Source: a virus. Taken from it: DNA of 64,000 nucleotides. This document shows, in pieces, positions 1-10,777 of the stretch. A program made the translations under genes and the position numbers. The stretch's first letter is position 1, and the number at the start of each line of letters is the position of its first letter. The stretch is from positions 1 to 64,000 of the IMG/VR virus record IMGVR_UViG_3300033183_000354. One strand, 5' to 3'. The notes beneath the pieces were generated by a model, which searched no databases, had not been told where the DNA came from, and worked only from the letters and a program-made list of their open reading frames with translations.

Positions 1-1272
1 ACAGCTCCTATTAGTAATTCTAGTGCTACAACATCAATTGCTAATGTATCTACACCTAATTTGTATAGTGCTTCTCAAAATAGAAATTCTCATGCTCTTT
101 ATGGAAATGTAAAGTCTTCGACTGGTCAAACAAAATATGCATCTTCATCGATATATTTTGATGGTACTGGTGACTATATTTTAAATAATACTTCTGTTGA
201 TACTCTTACAACTACTACTCAACCGTTTACAGTAGAAGCATGGGTGTATCCAACAACAAACACTGGTGATCCAAAAATATTATGTTTTAATAGAGCTTCT
301 GATGGTGCTAATACTATGCTTTTTGCTCTTGATGACACGTATATAACTGATACAGAATATACATACTCAACTGCTGCATCATTAAATGAATGGTCGCATG
401 TTGCTCTTACTCATAATAGTGGTAGATGGAATGCATATGTAAATGGAAATAATGTGCAGTCATTTAGTAAAACGCTTCAGGCAGCACCAAGTGCTTGTTA
501 TGTTGGTATTGGCGTAGATTTTGATGCTGCGAATGGTGGAACGCCTGGCAACTATTTCCAAGGATATATGCAAGATGTAAGGATTTCTGATATCATTCGT
601 TATCCATTTATTCCAGCAAAGGAAACATTCAGCGCTGTATCTGGAACAACTCTTCTTACAGCACATGCTTCAAGTGTAACTGACGGATCTTCGAGTGGTC
701 ATACTGTAACAGCCGCTGGCAATGCAGCCGTTTCTACTTTTGCTCCTTCTAGTGGGATGTATTCAGTGTCATTAGATGGTTCAGGAGATTATTTGAGTGT
801 ACCAACTTCTACTGATTTCTCATTTGATGGAGATTTTACAATTGAAGGTTGGTTCTACTTTAATGCATTGACAGGAAATCATATATTATTTGATACATAT
901 AATTCAGGAACATCTGGAACTTATCAGTTATATTATCGTTCTACTGGAACATCATTAGCATGGTATGATACATCAAGTGCTAGTGTGTTATTACAAGATA
1001 GTAGATCTGGGTGGATGGTAACGAATAAATGGTATCATATAGCAGTAGTAAGAGAAAGTGGCGCATTAACTATATTTGTAGATGGATCTCAAGTAGCTGC
1101 TACAACTGGATACACTACTAATCTTTCACATTCAAGACCATTTGTTTTAGGTGCTCAATATTCAACAAGTACTAATTATGTCAACGGTTATATTTCAAAT
1201 GTTCGTGTTACAAAAGGTACCGCACTTTATTCTAAAAACTTTACACCACCAACTGCGGAGTTACAAGGATGA
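1..1272 (+). CDS. LamG/concanavalin-A-like repeat virion fibre protein (5' partial)
   Basis: Frame is open from base 1. Repeated LamG motifs (SIYFDGTGDY, FTVEAWVY, WSHVAL, GYMQDVRI; ends NFTPPTAEL); Ser/Thr/Gly rich. Confidence 0.8.
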   Translation, partial: TAPISNSSATTSIANVSTPNLYSASQNRNSHALYGNVKSSTGQTKYASSSIYFDGTGDYILNNTSVDTLTTTTQPFTVEAWVYPTTNTGDPKILCFNRASDGANTMLFALDDTYITDTEYTYSTAASLNEWSHVALTHNSGRWNAYVNGNNVQSFSKTLQAAPSACYVGIGVDFDAANGGTPGNYFQGYMQDVRISDIIRYPFIPAKETFSAVSGTTLLTAHASSVTDGSSSGHTVTAAGNAAVSTFAPSSGMYSVSLDGSGDYLSVPTSTDFSFDGDFTIEGWFYFNALTGNHILFDTYNSGTSGTYQLYYRSTGTSLAWYDTSSASVLLQDSRSGWMVTNKWYHIAVVRESGALTIFVDGSQVAATTGYTTNLSHSRPFVLGAQYSTSTNYVNGYISNVRVTKGTALYSKNFTPPTAELQG

Positions 1273-4200
1273 CAAGAAGTAGAACAGTAGCGACAGCAAT
1301 TGGTAGAGTTGCAGCAGCAGATACAATTTCCTCAACTGGAACATTGAGTGTTGCTGGTGTAACAATGATTGATTCAGCTGGTGCATTACCTGATTCAGCA
1401 GATGCCTCTGCTGGTGATATGGTAATGACTTCAGATTCGAATGAATTGTTTATTAGTGATGGATCTGTTTGGTATAGTATTGCTCTGATTAATACCAATC
1501 CATACTTTACTGATTCTGGTACACCAGAAAGTACATATGCACTATCGACTGAAGAAAGTGCTACAACTGTTACACTGATTGCAGTTGATTCAGAAGGTAT
1601 TCCTATTACTTATTCTGCTGTTGCAGATTCTGATTTTAGTGGATTAGCAACTATATCTCAAGACTCAAGTGTGTTCACTATCACACCGTTAAGTGAAGAT
1701 TCTGCTACAACCACTTCCGGTACAATTACATTTAAAGCCAGTGATGGTGTTAATATAGCAACAGCATTATCGACATTTACTCTTACGTTCAAAATTGTGT
1801 ATACAAATTATACAGTATTATTAGCAAAAGCATCCGGAAATTCTGGTACAAATGCAGGTATTAGCGATTCATCAACTAGTAGTCAAACTGTTACCGTTAC
1901 AGGATCTCCTTCATTAACTTCATTTAGTCCATATAGACATGGTGGATATAGTTATTATTTTGATGGATCAGGTGATTATATTATTACAGGATCAGATACA
2001 ACTTTAGCCTTTGGCACTAGTGATTTTACAGTAGAAGCTTGGATTTATATTACGTCACTTTCTGCAATTTCTACAGTAATGACAAGTAGAGCTATTAGCA
2101 GCAGCTCGTATCTTTATTGGTCATTATTAATCCAAACAAATGGAAACTTAAGTTTTCAAACCAGAAATAGTGGAGGTACACAATATATTGCGCAATTTGA
2201 TGCTGGAATTACTACTAATACTTGGTATCATGTAGCAGCTGTTAGAGAAAGTGGCGTATTAACATGTTATGTTAATGGTATTGCTGGAAGCACAACAAGT
2301 GATGATAGTAGTCTTAATATGACAGAATCATATGTAAGTGTTGGAGGATTTATTTATCCAGGTTATACTTATATAATGAATGGTTATATCTCAGATGCTA
2401 GAGTAATAAAAGGAACTGCTTTATATACCGCTGACTTTACACCACCTACTAGTAGATTAACAGCAGTATCTGGCACATCACTACTTACTTGCCATCTCCC
2501 TTATCTTGCAGACGGATCTTCTAATGATCATACTTTGACAGTAAACGGAAATGTAACTGCAAAACCTTTTTCTCCATTTGATTATAAAGACTATACTGCT
2601 TCTTCCGATGGTGGTTCTTTCTATGTTCCAGGTGCAGCAGGAAACTATTTAACTCTTCCGGCTGGTACTGATTTTGCTATGGGTACTGGAGACTTTACTC
2701 ATGAATTTTGGATTTATCCAACTGGTTATTATGTGTATTATTATGGTGATGCTCACGGATTAGTCTGGAGTCAAGATGTAAATGGTACAAACTGGTTTGG
2801 TATAGGACTAGGAAGCCCTACAAGTCGCAACATTTATTTTAATTATGGTACTAGTGGCGGTGGTTCGAATGTTAATAGCAGTGGTGGTTATGGAAGCTGG
2901 ATTCCTAATATGTGGCACCATGTTGCTGTTGTAAGAAATAGTGGTACTTTAACTGTATATCTGAATGGTAAGGGTGGTACTGGTGTATCAGTGACTCAAG
3001 ACTTTAATAATACTACATATGTTCCAACTATTGGTAGATACACTCATACTGATGATAATAGATCAGAAGGTTGGATCTCTGATTATAGAGTAGTAAAAGG
3101 AACTGCAATTTATACTGCAGACTTTACGCCGCCGACTGCTCCACTCTCTACTCCTTCTGGTACTGTGTTACACTTAAAAGGTCAAGAAGGTAAAGTATAT
3201 GATGCATCACAAACTGCTAGTACATTAACATTAAATGGAAATGCAGTATCATCAACTGGACAAACAAAGTATGCTTCATCATCAATATATTTTGATGGCG
3301 CTAGTGATTATATTGAAATTCCTAATGATACGACTAACACACTCACAAATCAAAATTGGACTGTTGAAGCATGGATATATCCTACTAACGATTATTCTAC
3401 ATATAGAACTATTTTTGCTAAAAGAGTTTCAGGTAGTACTACAGCCGAATATGAAGGATACTTAGCTACTAGTACTGGATATGTAAGTTATTATGATGGC
3501 ACAACAGGATATGAAAGCACAACAGTTCTTACATCAAATCAATGGAGTCATGTAGCTTGGGTTCATACTCCAGGTAAAATTAACATATATGTTAATGGTA
3601 CTAATGTCTATTCGGTTAATGTAACCGAAGCTTCTGCTCTTAGCGAACCATTGGTTATAGGAGGAGCGAGAGGTTACAGCGAATGGTTTGGTGGATATAT
3701 TGAAGACTTTCGAGTCACAAAAGGATTAGTTCGATATCCATTTATTCCAACAAAAGAGACACTTACAGCAGTTTCAGGTACATCGCTTCTTACAGCTCAT
3801 GCGGCCACAATAACAGATGGTTCATCTAATTCACATAGTATATCTGCACATGGTAATTCTGCAGTATCAACCTTCGCTCCTAAACAAGGAATGTATTCAA
3901 TTGAATTTGATGGAAATAGTTCTGATTTAGAAATAACTGCAGATAGCACTCTCGCAGCTACTACTAATACATCTTGGACATTCGAAGGATGGTTTTATAG
4001 GACTGGCGCGCTTGGCCCCAATGGCTATACAGTAACAGTTGGTAGTGGTGGATCTGCAACAAGATGGGGATTAAATATCGGAGCAGCTAATGGTGTTATT
4101 ACTACTTTATTTGGCACTGGATCTTGGGCATGGCCCTATATTTACAGTTCTCCTAATAATGTAATTAGTTTAAATAAGTGGTATCATGTAGCGATTGTAA

Positions 4201-4433
4201 GAGATGGTTCTACTTCATTAAAAATGTTTGTAGATGGTGGACTTGTTTATTCGAATACTTCTGCTAATTTTGGTAGCGGTATTAGCGGAACATTTTATCT
4301 TGGATCATATTATAATAACTATAATAATGATGATGCATGGTATCATGGTTATATGAGTAATGTAAGAATGATTCAAGGGACTGCACTTTATACTTCCTCA
4401 TTTACTCCACCAACCGCAGAGTTAAAAGCATAA
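1269..4433 (+). CDS. LamG-repeat virion structural/fibre protein, 1054 aa
   Basis: Four LamG-like modules (FDGSGDY..FTVEAWIY..WYHVA..GYISDARV..FTPPT); paralogous to the upstream ORF. Confidence 0.8.
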   Translation: MTRSRTVATAIGRVAAADTISSTGTLSVAGVTMIDSAGALPDSADASAGDMVMTSDSNELFISDGSVWYSIALINTNPYFTDSGTPESTYALSTEESATTVTLIAVDSEGIPITYSAVADSDFSGLATISQDSSVFTITPLSEDSATTTSGTITFKASDGVNIATALSTFTLTFKIVYTNYTVLLAKASGNSGTNAGISDSSTSSQTVTVTGSPSLTSFSPYRHGGYSYYFDGSGDYIITGSDTTLAFGTSDFTVEAWIYITSLSAISTVMTSRAISSSSYLYWSLLIQTNGNLSFQTRNSGGTQYIAQFDAGITTNTWYHVAAVRESGVLTCYVNGIAGSTTSDDSSLNMTESYVSVGGFIYPGYTYIMNGYISDARVIKGTALYTADFTPPTSRLTAVSGTSLLTCHLPYLADGSSNDHTLTVNGNVTAKPFSPFDYKDYTASSDGGSFYVPGAAGNYLTLPAGTDFAMGTGDFTHEFWIYPTGYYVYYYGDAHGLVWSQDVNGTNWFGIGLGSPTSRNIYFNYGTSGGGSNVNSSGGYGSWIPNMWHHVAVVRNSGTLTVYLNGKGGTGVSVTQDFNNTTYVPTIGRYTHTDDNRSEGWISDYRVVKGTAIYTADFTPPTAPLSTPSGTVLHLKGQEGKVYDASQTASTLTLNGNAVSSTGQTKYASSSIYFDGASDYIEIPNDTTNTLTNQNWTVEAWIYPTNDYSTYRTIFAKRVSGSTTAEYEGYLATSTGYVSYYDGTTGYESTTVLTSNQWSHVAWVHTPGKINIYVNGTNVYSVNVTEASALSEPLVIGGARGYSEWFGGYIEDFRVTKGLVRYPFIPTKETLTAVSGTSLLTAHAATITDGSSNSHSISAHGNSAVSTFAPKQGMYSIEFDGNSSDLEITADSTLAATTNTSWTFEGWFYRTGALGPNGYTVTVGSGGSATRWGLNIGAANGVITTLFGTGSWAWPYIYSSPNNVISLNKWYHVAIVRDGSTSLKMFVDGGLVYSNTSANFGSGISGTFYLGSYYNNYNNDDAWYHGYMSNVRMIQGTALYTSSFTPPTAELKA

Positions 4434-4437
4434 ACCA

Positions 4438-4445
4438 TATAAATA
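4438..4445 (+). promoter_or_regulatory. T4-type late promoter TATAAATA
   Basis: Exact gp55 consensus 30 nt upstream of gp13. Confidence 0.8.
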
Positions 4446-4475
4446 GTCATAGATATTTTTAACACGGAGATCTCT

Positions 4476-5231
4476 ATGGCTAATCCTACTTCACGTGCTA
4501 CGCTCATAGATTATTGTAAGAGACGACTCGGTGATCCTGTTATTGAGATTAATGTTGATGAGGATCAGCTTGAAGATCGCGTAGACGAAGCACTTCAATA
4601 TTGGCAAGAATATCATTCTGATGCCACCTTCCGCACATATGTTTCATATCTTGTTACGGCCGATGATATAACCAATGGTTATATTGCAACTTCAAGTGAT
4701 GTGCTTTATATCACTCGTATGTTTGCGATCTCAAGTTCATTTAATTCTTCTTTTAATTTCTTTGATATTAAATATCAGTTAATGCTTAATGACATTGCTG
4801 ATATGCAAAATTTTGCAGGTGATCTAGCATACTATGATCAATTAAATCAGTATTTGACTACGCTTGATATGAAGTTGAATGGATATCCTCAAACAGAATT
4901 CTCTCGAAAACAAAATAGACTATATCTTTTCGGAGACTTTGTCGATGGCGACGTAAAAGCAGGAGAGTATATAGTATATGAAGCTTATAAGGCAGTTGAC
5001 TCATCGTCTCATACATCTGTATGGAATGATATGTGGCTAAAAGAATATACGACTGCTTTGATTAAACAACAATGGGGGCAGAACCTTATCAAGTTCGAAG
5101 GCATGCAACTTCCAGGTGGTGTCGTCCTTAATGGTCGTCAGTTATATGATGACGCTACTAGTGAGATAGCACAACTAAGAGAAACAATCAGAATGGACCA
5201 TGAGGCACCATTTGACTTCTTTGTAGGGTAA
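4476..5231 (+). CDS. gp13: neck protein gp13
   Basis: LIDYCKRRLGDPVIEINV, WLKEYTTALIKQQWGQNLIKF, LPGGV.LNG motifs; T4 synteny. Confidence 0.93.
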   Translation: MANPTSRATLIDYCKRRLGDPVIEINVDEDQLEDRVDEALQYWQEYHSDATFRTYVSYLVTADDITNGYIATSSDVLYITRMFAISSSFNSSFNFFDIKYQLMLNDIADMQNFAGDLAYYDQLNQYLTTLDMKLNGYPQTEFSRKQNRLYLFGDFVDGDVKAGEYIVYEAYKAVDSSSHTSVWNDMWLKEYTTALIKQQWGQNLIKFEGMQLPGGVVLNGRQLYDDATSEIAQLRETIRMDHEAPFDFFVG

Positions 5232-5232
5232 T

Positions 5233-5826
5233 ATGCGTAATCTATATTTTTCTGATGCTGTACGCTCGGAACAGAATTTATACGAAGATATCATCATAGA
5301 ATCGCTTAAGATCTATGGTCAAGACGTGTACTATCTTCCGCGTGACATCATTAATGAAGATAAGATTTTTGGTCATGACGTTCCTTCTCGATTTAATTCA
5401 TCTCATAAGATTGAGATGTATATTGAAAATGTTGAAGGATTTGATGGAGAGGGAGATCTTTTCACTCGATTTGGTGTAGAGATTAGAGATGAAGCTACCT
5501 TTGTTGTATCGCGCCGCAGATGGGAGCAGACCATCAAAAGATACGATAATGAGATTACCGGTGAAAGACCAAGAGAAGGTGATGTCATCTATCTTCCTCT
5601 GTCAAACTCAATGTTTCAAATCATGCACGTTGAGCATGAACAGCCTTTTTATCAATTAAGTAATTTACCGGTTTATAAGTTAAGAGCTCAACTCTTTGAA
5701 TACAATGATGAGGATTTTGATACAGGCGTTGAAGCAATTGATAATATTGAGAAGGACTATTCTTATCAGTACAAGGTTACAGTTCCTCGAGTTAAGACTG
5801 CAACCGGAACGGCGGTACTTGGATAA
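5233..5826 (+). CDS. gp14: neck protein gp14 (core domain)
   Basis: EQNLYEDIIIESLKIYGQDVYYLPR, FGVEIRDE, PREGDVIY, HEQPFYQL. Confidence 0.92.
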   Translation: MRNLYFSDAVRSEQNLYEDIIIESLKIYGQDVYYLPRDIINEDKIFGHDVPSRFNSSHKIEMYIENVEGFDGEGDLFTRFGVEIRDEATFVVSRRRWEQTIKRYDNEITGERPREGDVIYLPLSNSMFQIMHVEHEQPFYQLSNLPVYKLRAQLFEYNDEDFDTGVEAIDNIEKDYSYQYKVTVPRVKTATGTAVLG

Positions 5827-7019
5827 TGGCACTGTTCAAAAAAGTAACATCGATATCGCTAACGGATTCCGGTCATTTCTATACGACTGCGCCGTCCATT
5901 ACGTTTACGGGTGGATTCGCTAATTCTTCGGATAAGATTAAGTTTGGCAATAACTCTCTCGATCTTGGTACAAATAGCTACACCTATTCTGTAGACTCTG
6001 CAGACACGAGTATGGATGGATTTATTGCTTTCTGGTTATGGGTTGATAGTGATGCATTACCTGATTCCGCAGGATCAAATCTAAAACCATTATGGGAAAT
6101 GGGTGTATATGCTAATGGTGCAAATCGTAGAAGGTTTGGACTCAATAGTGGTGGACAGTTAGTATCAACAACCAAATATGCAAATAAAAGCAATCTTATA
6201 ACTTGGTATAATACTCCTTATGGAACTGATGAAAGGGTTCAAGAAGGTCAGTGGAATCATATTTCCCTCAGTTTCTATGGTGCCGATCAGGGGTGGGCTA
6301 CAAGAAGAGCAGATGTTTATATAAACGGTGTTTTGACATACTATACGAATTCAACAAGTTTTGCTGGATTTTTCCATGACTCTGATATATTATTTGGATC
6401 ACAGTTACAAGGTGATTTCAATGGGACTATCTTCTTTGATTCTCCTACTGGCATGTATATGGATAATCTATATTTGGACAGTGTAGGATATCCGAGTGCT
6501 CACAATTTATATACTCAAGATTCTGATGGTGGTGCATGGAATACTTCAACACTTGCAAAACACGTAACATTTAACAATGATTCAGCAGTGGCGACAGCTA
6601 CTATTGATTCAGATGGTAAAGTTAATTCCACTACTATTACGTCTGGTGGATTCTATGTGTCTGCTCCTACTGTTGTGTTTTCTGCCGCACCAAGTACTTT
6701 AGTATCACAGGGTGATAGTGCTACACAAACACTTTCTTCTGGTGTCAAAGTAACTGGCGAGTTGATTAAATATTCTGACTCAGACGGTATACTATACATT
6801 GCGCACGTTGGCGCCGATGATGGTAAGTATCATTCATTTGTAACAGGTAGAGATATTAGATTCGGTAATACGTCAAATTCGTATATTCGAAATGTTACGG
6901 CTGTGAGTGAAGACAATAAATTGTCAGAGAACGAACAAAACACTGATTTCAGTAGTATTGCTGGTGACTTCTTAGACTTCAGTGAAAACAATCCATTTGG
7001 CGATCCGGAGAATAACTAA
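5826..7019 (+). CDS. virion protein with LamG-like domain and gp14-like C-terminal tail
   Basis: WNHISL..VYINGV LamG-like core; ends DFLDFSENNPFGDP, the usual gp14 C-terminus in marine T4-likes. Confidence 0.6.
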   Translation: MALFKKVTSISLTDSGHFYTTAPSITFTGGFANSSDKIKFGNNSLDLGTNSYTYSVDSADTSMDGFIAFWLWVDSDALPDSAGSNLKPLWEMGVYANGANRRRFGLNSGGQLVSTTKYANKSNLITWYNTPYGTDERVQEGQWNHISLSFYGADQGWATRRADVYINGVLTYYTNSTSFAGFFHDSDILFGSQLQGDFNGTIFFDSPTGMYMDNLYLDSVGYPSAHNLYTQDSDGGAWNTSTLAKHVTFNNDSAVATATIDSDGKVNSTTITSGGFYVSAPTVVFSAAPSTLVSQGDSATQTLSSGVKVTGELIKYSDSDGILYIAHVGADDGKYHSFVTGRDIRFGNTSNSYIRNVTAVSEDNKLSENEQNTDFSSIAGDFLDFSENNPFGDPENN

Positions 7020-7873
7020 TGTTTGGTAGTCATTTTTATCATCAAAAGGTTCGTAAGTGCGTTGCCATGTTTGGTATGCTCTTTAATAACCTTTATGTAA
7101 TTCGAAAGAATTCTTCGGGCGCATCGATTAGTCAAGTAAAAGTTCCACTCTCATATGCCCCAAAAGAAAAGTATCTCGAAAGGATTAGAGAAAATCCTGA
7201 CTTAGTAAATGATACAAGAGTAGCAGTTAAACTGCCACGTATGTCATTTGAAATTACTTCACTTGCATATGATGCTCAAAGGCAATTAACAAAGGTTTCT
7301 AATTTTAATACATCTGGAACTGCAAATACTAATAGACAAAAGTTTTATTCTCCGGTACCATATAGTATTAATTTTCAGTTAAACATTTATGCTAAGTCAC
7401 AAGATGATGCCTTACAACTTGTAGAGCAAATTTTACCGACTTTTAATCCACAATATTCGTTAACGATTAAACCATTTTCAGCTGAATATCCAGATTTTAA
7501 GGAAGACATCCCTATCATCATTCAAGGCGTTTCATTCTCTGACGACTTTGAAGGTGCTTTAGATCAAAGAAGAACCATCGTATATACACTTGATTTTGAG
7601 ATGAAGGTTCAATTCTATGGTAATATTACTACGCCTGATATTATTCGGACAGCAATTACAGATGTTTACTTCCAAGATCAAGGCTTAGCAGATTCAGACG
7701 TTAACGTCGAAAGAATTACTGTAACACCTTCACCATTGTCAACAATTGGATTGGCAGATAGTGATTTTGGTTTCAGTACAGATATAAATATATTCAACGA
7801 GGCAGATGTCGACGTCGATCCTTATGTTGTCGCTGGCTATGTTGAGACTGGATATTTTAGAGAGACAGTATAG
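7019..7873 (+). CDS. gp15: tail sheath stabilizer/terminator gp15
   Basis: FGMLFNNL, KVPLSYAPKEK, LPRMSFE, PVPY, QILPTFNP. Confidence 0.93.
   Translation: MFGSHFYHQKVRKCVAMFGMLFNNLYVIRKNSSGASISQVKVPLSYAPKEKYLERIRENPDLVNDTRVAVKLPRMSFEITSLAYDAQRQLTKVSNFNTSGTANTNRQKFYSPVPYSINFQLNIYAKSQDDALQLVEQILPTFNPQYSLTIKPFSAEYPDFKEDIPIIIQGVSFSDDFEGALDQRRTIVYTLDFEMKVQFYGNITTPDIIRTAITDVYFQDQGLADSDVNVERITVTPSPLSTIGLADSDFGFSTDINIFNEADVDVDPYVVAGYVETGYFRETV
7783..7790 (+). promoter_or_regulatory. possible late promoter inside gp15 3' end
   Basis: TATAAATA about 90 nt upstream of ORF 7883. Confidence 0.45.
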
Positions 7874-7882
7874 GAATAAGTT

Positions 7883-8773
7883 ATGGCAATTACACTTAGG
7901 CTAACAAAAGGTTCAGCTCTTACATACTCTGAGTTGGACACCAACTTTTCAGATTTAGACACCAGAGTCACTACTAATAAGAATAATATTACTACGCTCA
8001 ATTCTTCGGTAAGTACTCTTAATACTAATGTTTCAAATAATGATAGTGATATTCTTTCATTGCAAACAGAAGTTGATGCTATTGACGTAAGATTGATCTC
8101 AGCTGAGGGTGAATTATCGAATGTAAGTCTAACTTCAACAATAGCTGATTTTGGTAGTCGTAAGCTTTTACATTCTACAACATATGATAGCGCTGAGGAG
8201 TTCCCCGATGCTACGCAATATCCAGGTATGATCCTTAAATTTGGCGGGGATGGCAGCAATAGGCTAAGATTCTCAAATGGTTTAGTTTGGCGAGCAATGC
8301 CGACTACATTAACTACGATTAGACAAGAAGATGGCGACACCATTGATTTTGATAGTCAAGATTTTACGCTTAACTTCCATGGTGGTGACGGTATTAAAGT
8401 CACTAAAGTTAATGGTAATATGTTTAGATGGTCTTCTGATCCTTCTTGGTCATTTGATATTGTGTTGGCTGATGGCGATAGCGGATATGCATTCAGACCG
8501 GATAGTCGCTTCTTCCTTGATAGTGATATTGATCCTACTCTTTATCTTCGTCGTGGTGAAACATACAACTTTAATTTAAGTGCGCCTTCTGAGCCTTTCT
8601 ATATTAAGACCGCGCAATCAACCGGAACCGGTGATCAGTATACAGATGGAGTTACAGGTAATGGTACACAGTTTGGCACTGTAACATTCCAGCCTCCAAT
8701 GAATGCGCCTGAAACTCTTTATTATGCCTCATCAGTATCGGCTACGCATACTGGAACAATTAAGATAGTATAA
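7883..8773 (+). CDS. virion structural protein: coiled-coil N-terminus plus degenerate cupredoxin-like C-terminal domain
   Basis: MAITLR..KGSALTYSELDTNF N-terminal motif, heptad region, C-terminal PTLYLRRGETYNF..APETLYY. Confidence 0.55.
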   Translation: MAITLRLTKGSALTYSELDTNFSDLDTRVTTNKNNITTLNSSVSTLNTNVSNNDSDILSLQTEVDAIDVRLISAEGELSNVSLTSTIADFGSRKLLHSTTYDSAEEFPDATQYPGMILKFGGDGSNRLRFSNGLVWRAMPTTLTTIRQEDGDTIDFDSQDFTLNFHGGDGIKVTKVNGNMFRWSSDPSWSFDIVLADGDSGYAFRPDSRFFLDSDIDPTLYLRRGETYNFNLSAPSEPFYIKTAQSTGTGDQYTDGVTGNGTQFGTVTFQPPMNAPETLYYASSVSATHTGTIKIV

Positions 8774-9120
8774 TGACAGAAAAAGATAATGTAAAAAGTG
8801 ATTACGAATATTCTCGAGATACTTACTATGAAATCCTTGAAAAAGGTAAAGAGTCTCTCGAGCTTATGATTGAAGTTGCTCGTGAATCTGAACATCCACG
8901 AGCATTTGAAGTCCTTTCAAATATGATGAAAAATATGGCCGACGTCAACGATAAGTTGATGGATCTTAATAAAAAGAATAAAGATATTAATAAAGAAGAA
9001 GTAAAACAAGTAGCTGGATCTACTGGTAATACTACTAATAATATATTCTTAGGGTCAACAGCCGACTTGCAGCGACTTTTACAGGATGAAAGCAACATTG
9101 TAGATGTTACACCAGAATGA
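8773..9120 (+). CDS. gp16: terminase small subunit gp16
   Basis: DYEYSR, ESEHPRAFEV, NNIFLGSTADLQ. Confidence 0.92.
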   Translation: MTEKDNVKSDYEYSRDTYYEILEKGKESLELMIEVARESEHPRAFEVLSNMMKNMADVNDKLMDLNKKNKDINKEEVKQVAGSTGNTTNNIFLGSTADLQRLLQDESNIVDVTPE

Positions 9121-10702
9121 GACATATCTTGGAAATCCAAGCGTAAAACGTGATGGTGTTGTACAAGAATGGACAAAAGAATTAGTACAGGAATACTATA
9201 AGTGTAGTAAAGATCCTGTACATTTTGCAGAAAAATATTGTAAAGTAATCTCACTTGATAGAGGATTAGTTCCTTTCATACTATATCCCTATCAAAAGAA
9301 AATGTTTGAGCAGTTTAATGAGCATCGGTTTAACATTGTTCTCGCCTGTCGGCAATCTGGAAAATCAATATCAGCATGCGCGTACCTCCTCTGGTTTGCA
9401 CTCTTCCATTCGGAAAAGACAGTTGCGGTTCTTGCGAACAAAGGGGCAACGGCTAGGGAAATGTTATCTCGCATCACGCTTATGTTGGAGAACATCCCGT
9501 TCTTTCTTCAACCAGGCTGTAAAGCACTTAACAAAGGATCCTTGGAGTTTTCGAACAACTCTCGTATTCTCGCTGCTGCTACATCTGGTTCTTCTATTCG
9601 CGGTCTCTCAGTAAACCTACTTTATCTTGATGAGTTTGCTTTCGTGGAGCGAGCAAATGAATTCTATACCTCAACATATCCAGTCATATCTTCTGGCAAG
9701 GATACAAAAATTATCGTTACCTCAACTGCGAATGGTATCGGCAATACTTTCTATAAGATATGGGAGGGAGCAGTCCAAGGAATTAATGAGTTCTCTCCTT
9801 TCAGAGTCGACTGGTGGGACGTGCCAGGACGAGACGACAATTGGAAAATCCAAACAATAGCCAATACGAGTCAACTTCAGTTTGACCAAGAATTCGGTAA
9901 CACATTTTTCGGAACAGGTGATACTCTTATTAATGCAGAAACGTTAATGGGCCTAAGAGCAGAACCATATAAAAAGGCTTTAGAAGGCGGAGATCTTCTT
10001 ATCTATAAAGAACCAAAAAAAGGTCATGACTATATTATGACAGTCGACGTGTCGAAGGGAAGAGGCCAGGATTATTCTACTTTTAATTTGATCGATATTA
10101 GCGTACGCCCTTTCGAGCAGGTTGCTGTATATCGCAACAACACTATCTCTCCCTTACTCTTCCCGAATATTATTTATAAGTATGCGACCGTTTACAATGA
10201 TGCATATGTCGTTATTGAGTCAAATGATCAAGGTTCTGTTGTTTGTAATGGATTGTATTATGACTTAGAATATGAAAATGTTCACGTTGAATCTGCTATA
10301 AAAGCAAATGCTATTGGTATTGAAATTAATCGTAAGACTAAAAGACTTGGTTGTTCAGCAATTAAGGATATTCTCGAAAACAATAAACTTAAGATCGTCG
10401 ATGAGAATACTATTCTCGAGATCTCTACTTTTGAGGCTAAAGGTCAATCATACGAGGCTTCTGACGGTAATCATGATGACTTGATGATGAACTTAGTTAT
10501 GTTTGGTTATTTCTCTTCATCACAATATTTTGGGGATATGACAGATATTAATCTAAAGGATATGTTATTTAAACAGCGGATGAAAGAGATCGAAGATGAT
10601 ATGGTTCCGTTTGGATTTATTGATGATGGCTCAGATCATATCGATCAATTAGAAAATACAGGTAGTAATGAGTGGGCAATTGAATATGATCCTGATTTCT
10701 AA
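9104..10702 (+). CDS. gp17: terminase large subunit gp17
   Basis: YLGNP, Walker A RQSGKS, Walker B LYLDEFAF, TSTANG, nuclease VDVSKG and HDDLMM. Confidence 0.97.
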   Translation: MLHQNETYLGNPSVKRDGVVQEWTKELVQEYYKCSKDPVHFAEKYCKVISLDRGLVPFILYPYQKKMFEQFNEHRFNIVLACRQSGKSISACAYLLWFALFHSEKTVAVLANKGATAREMLSRITLMLENIPFFLQPGCKALNKGSLEFSNNSRILAAATSGSSIRGLSVNLLYLDEFAFVERANEFYTSTYPVISSGKDTKIIVTSTANGIGNTFYKIWEGAVQGINEFSPFRVDWWDVPGRDDNWKIQTIANTSQLQFDQEFGNTFFGTGDTLINAETLMGLRAEPYKKALEGGDLLIYKEPKKGHDYIMTVDVSKGRGQDYSTFNLIDISVRPFEQVAVYRNNTISPLLFPNIIYKYATVYNDAYVVIESNDQGSVVCNGLYYDLEYENVHVESAIKANAIGIEINRKTKRLGCSAIKDILENNKLKIVDENTILEISTFEAKGQSYEASDGNHDDLMMNLVMFGYFSSSQYFGDMTDINLKDMLFKQRMKEIEDDMVPFGFIDDGSDHIDQLENTGSNEWAIEYDPDF

Positions 10703-10707
10703 ATTAT

Positions 10708-10715
10708 TATAAATA
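10708..10715 (+). promoter_or_regulatory. late promoter TATAAATA
   Basis: Exact consensus upstream of gp18. Confidence 0.8.
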
Positions 10716-10777
10716 ATGGTATATTGAACAGCCGTATTATGTTTAGCTTATAATTAGTAACCGAGAAGGAAGAAAAA

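Noticed and set aside
7837-8343. 168-aa minus-strand ORF
   Set aside because: Antisense to a convincing structural gene.
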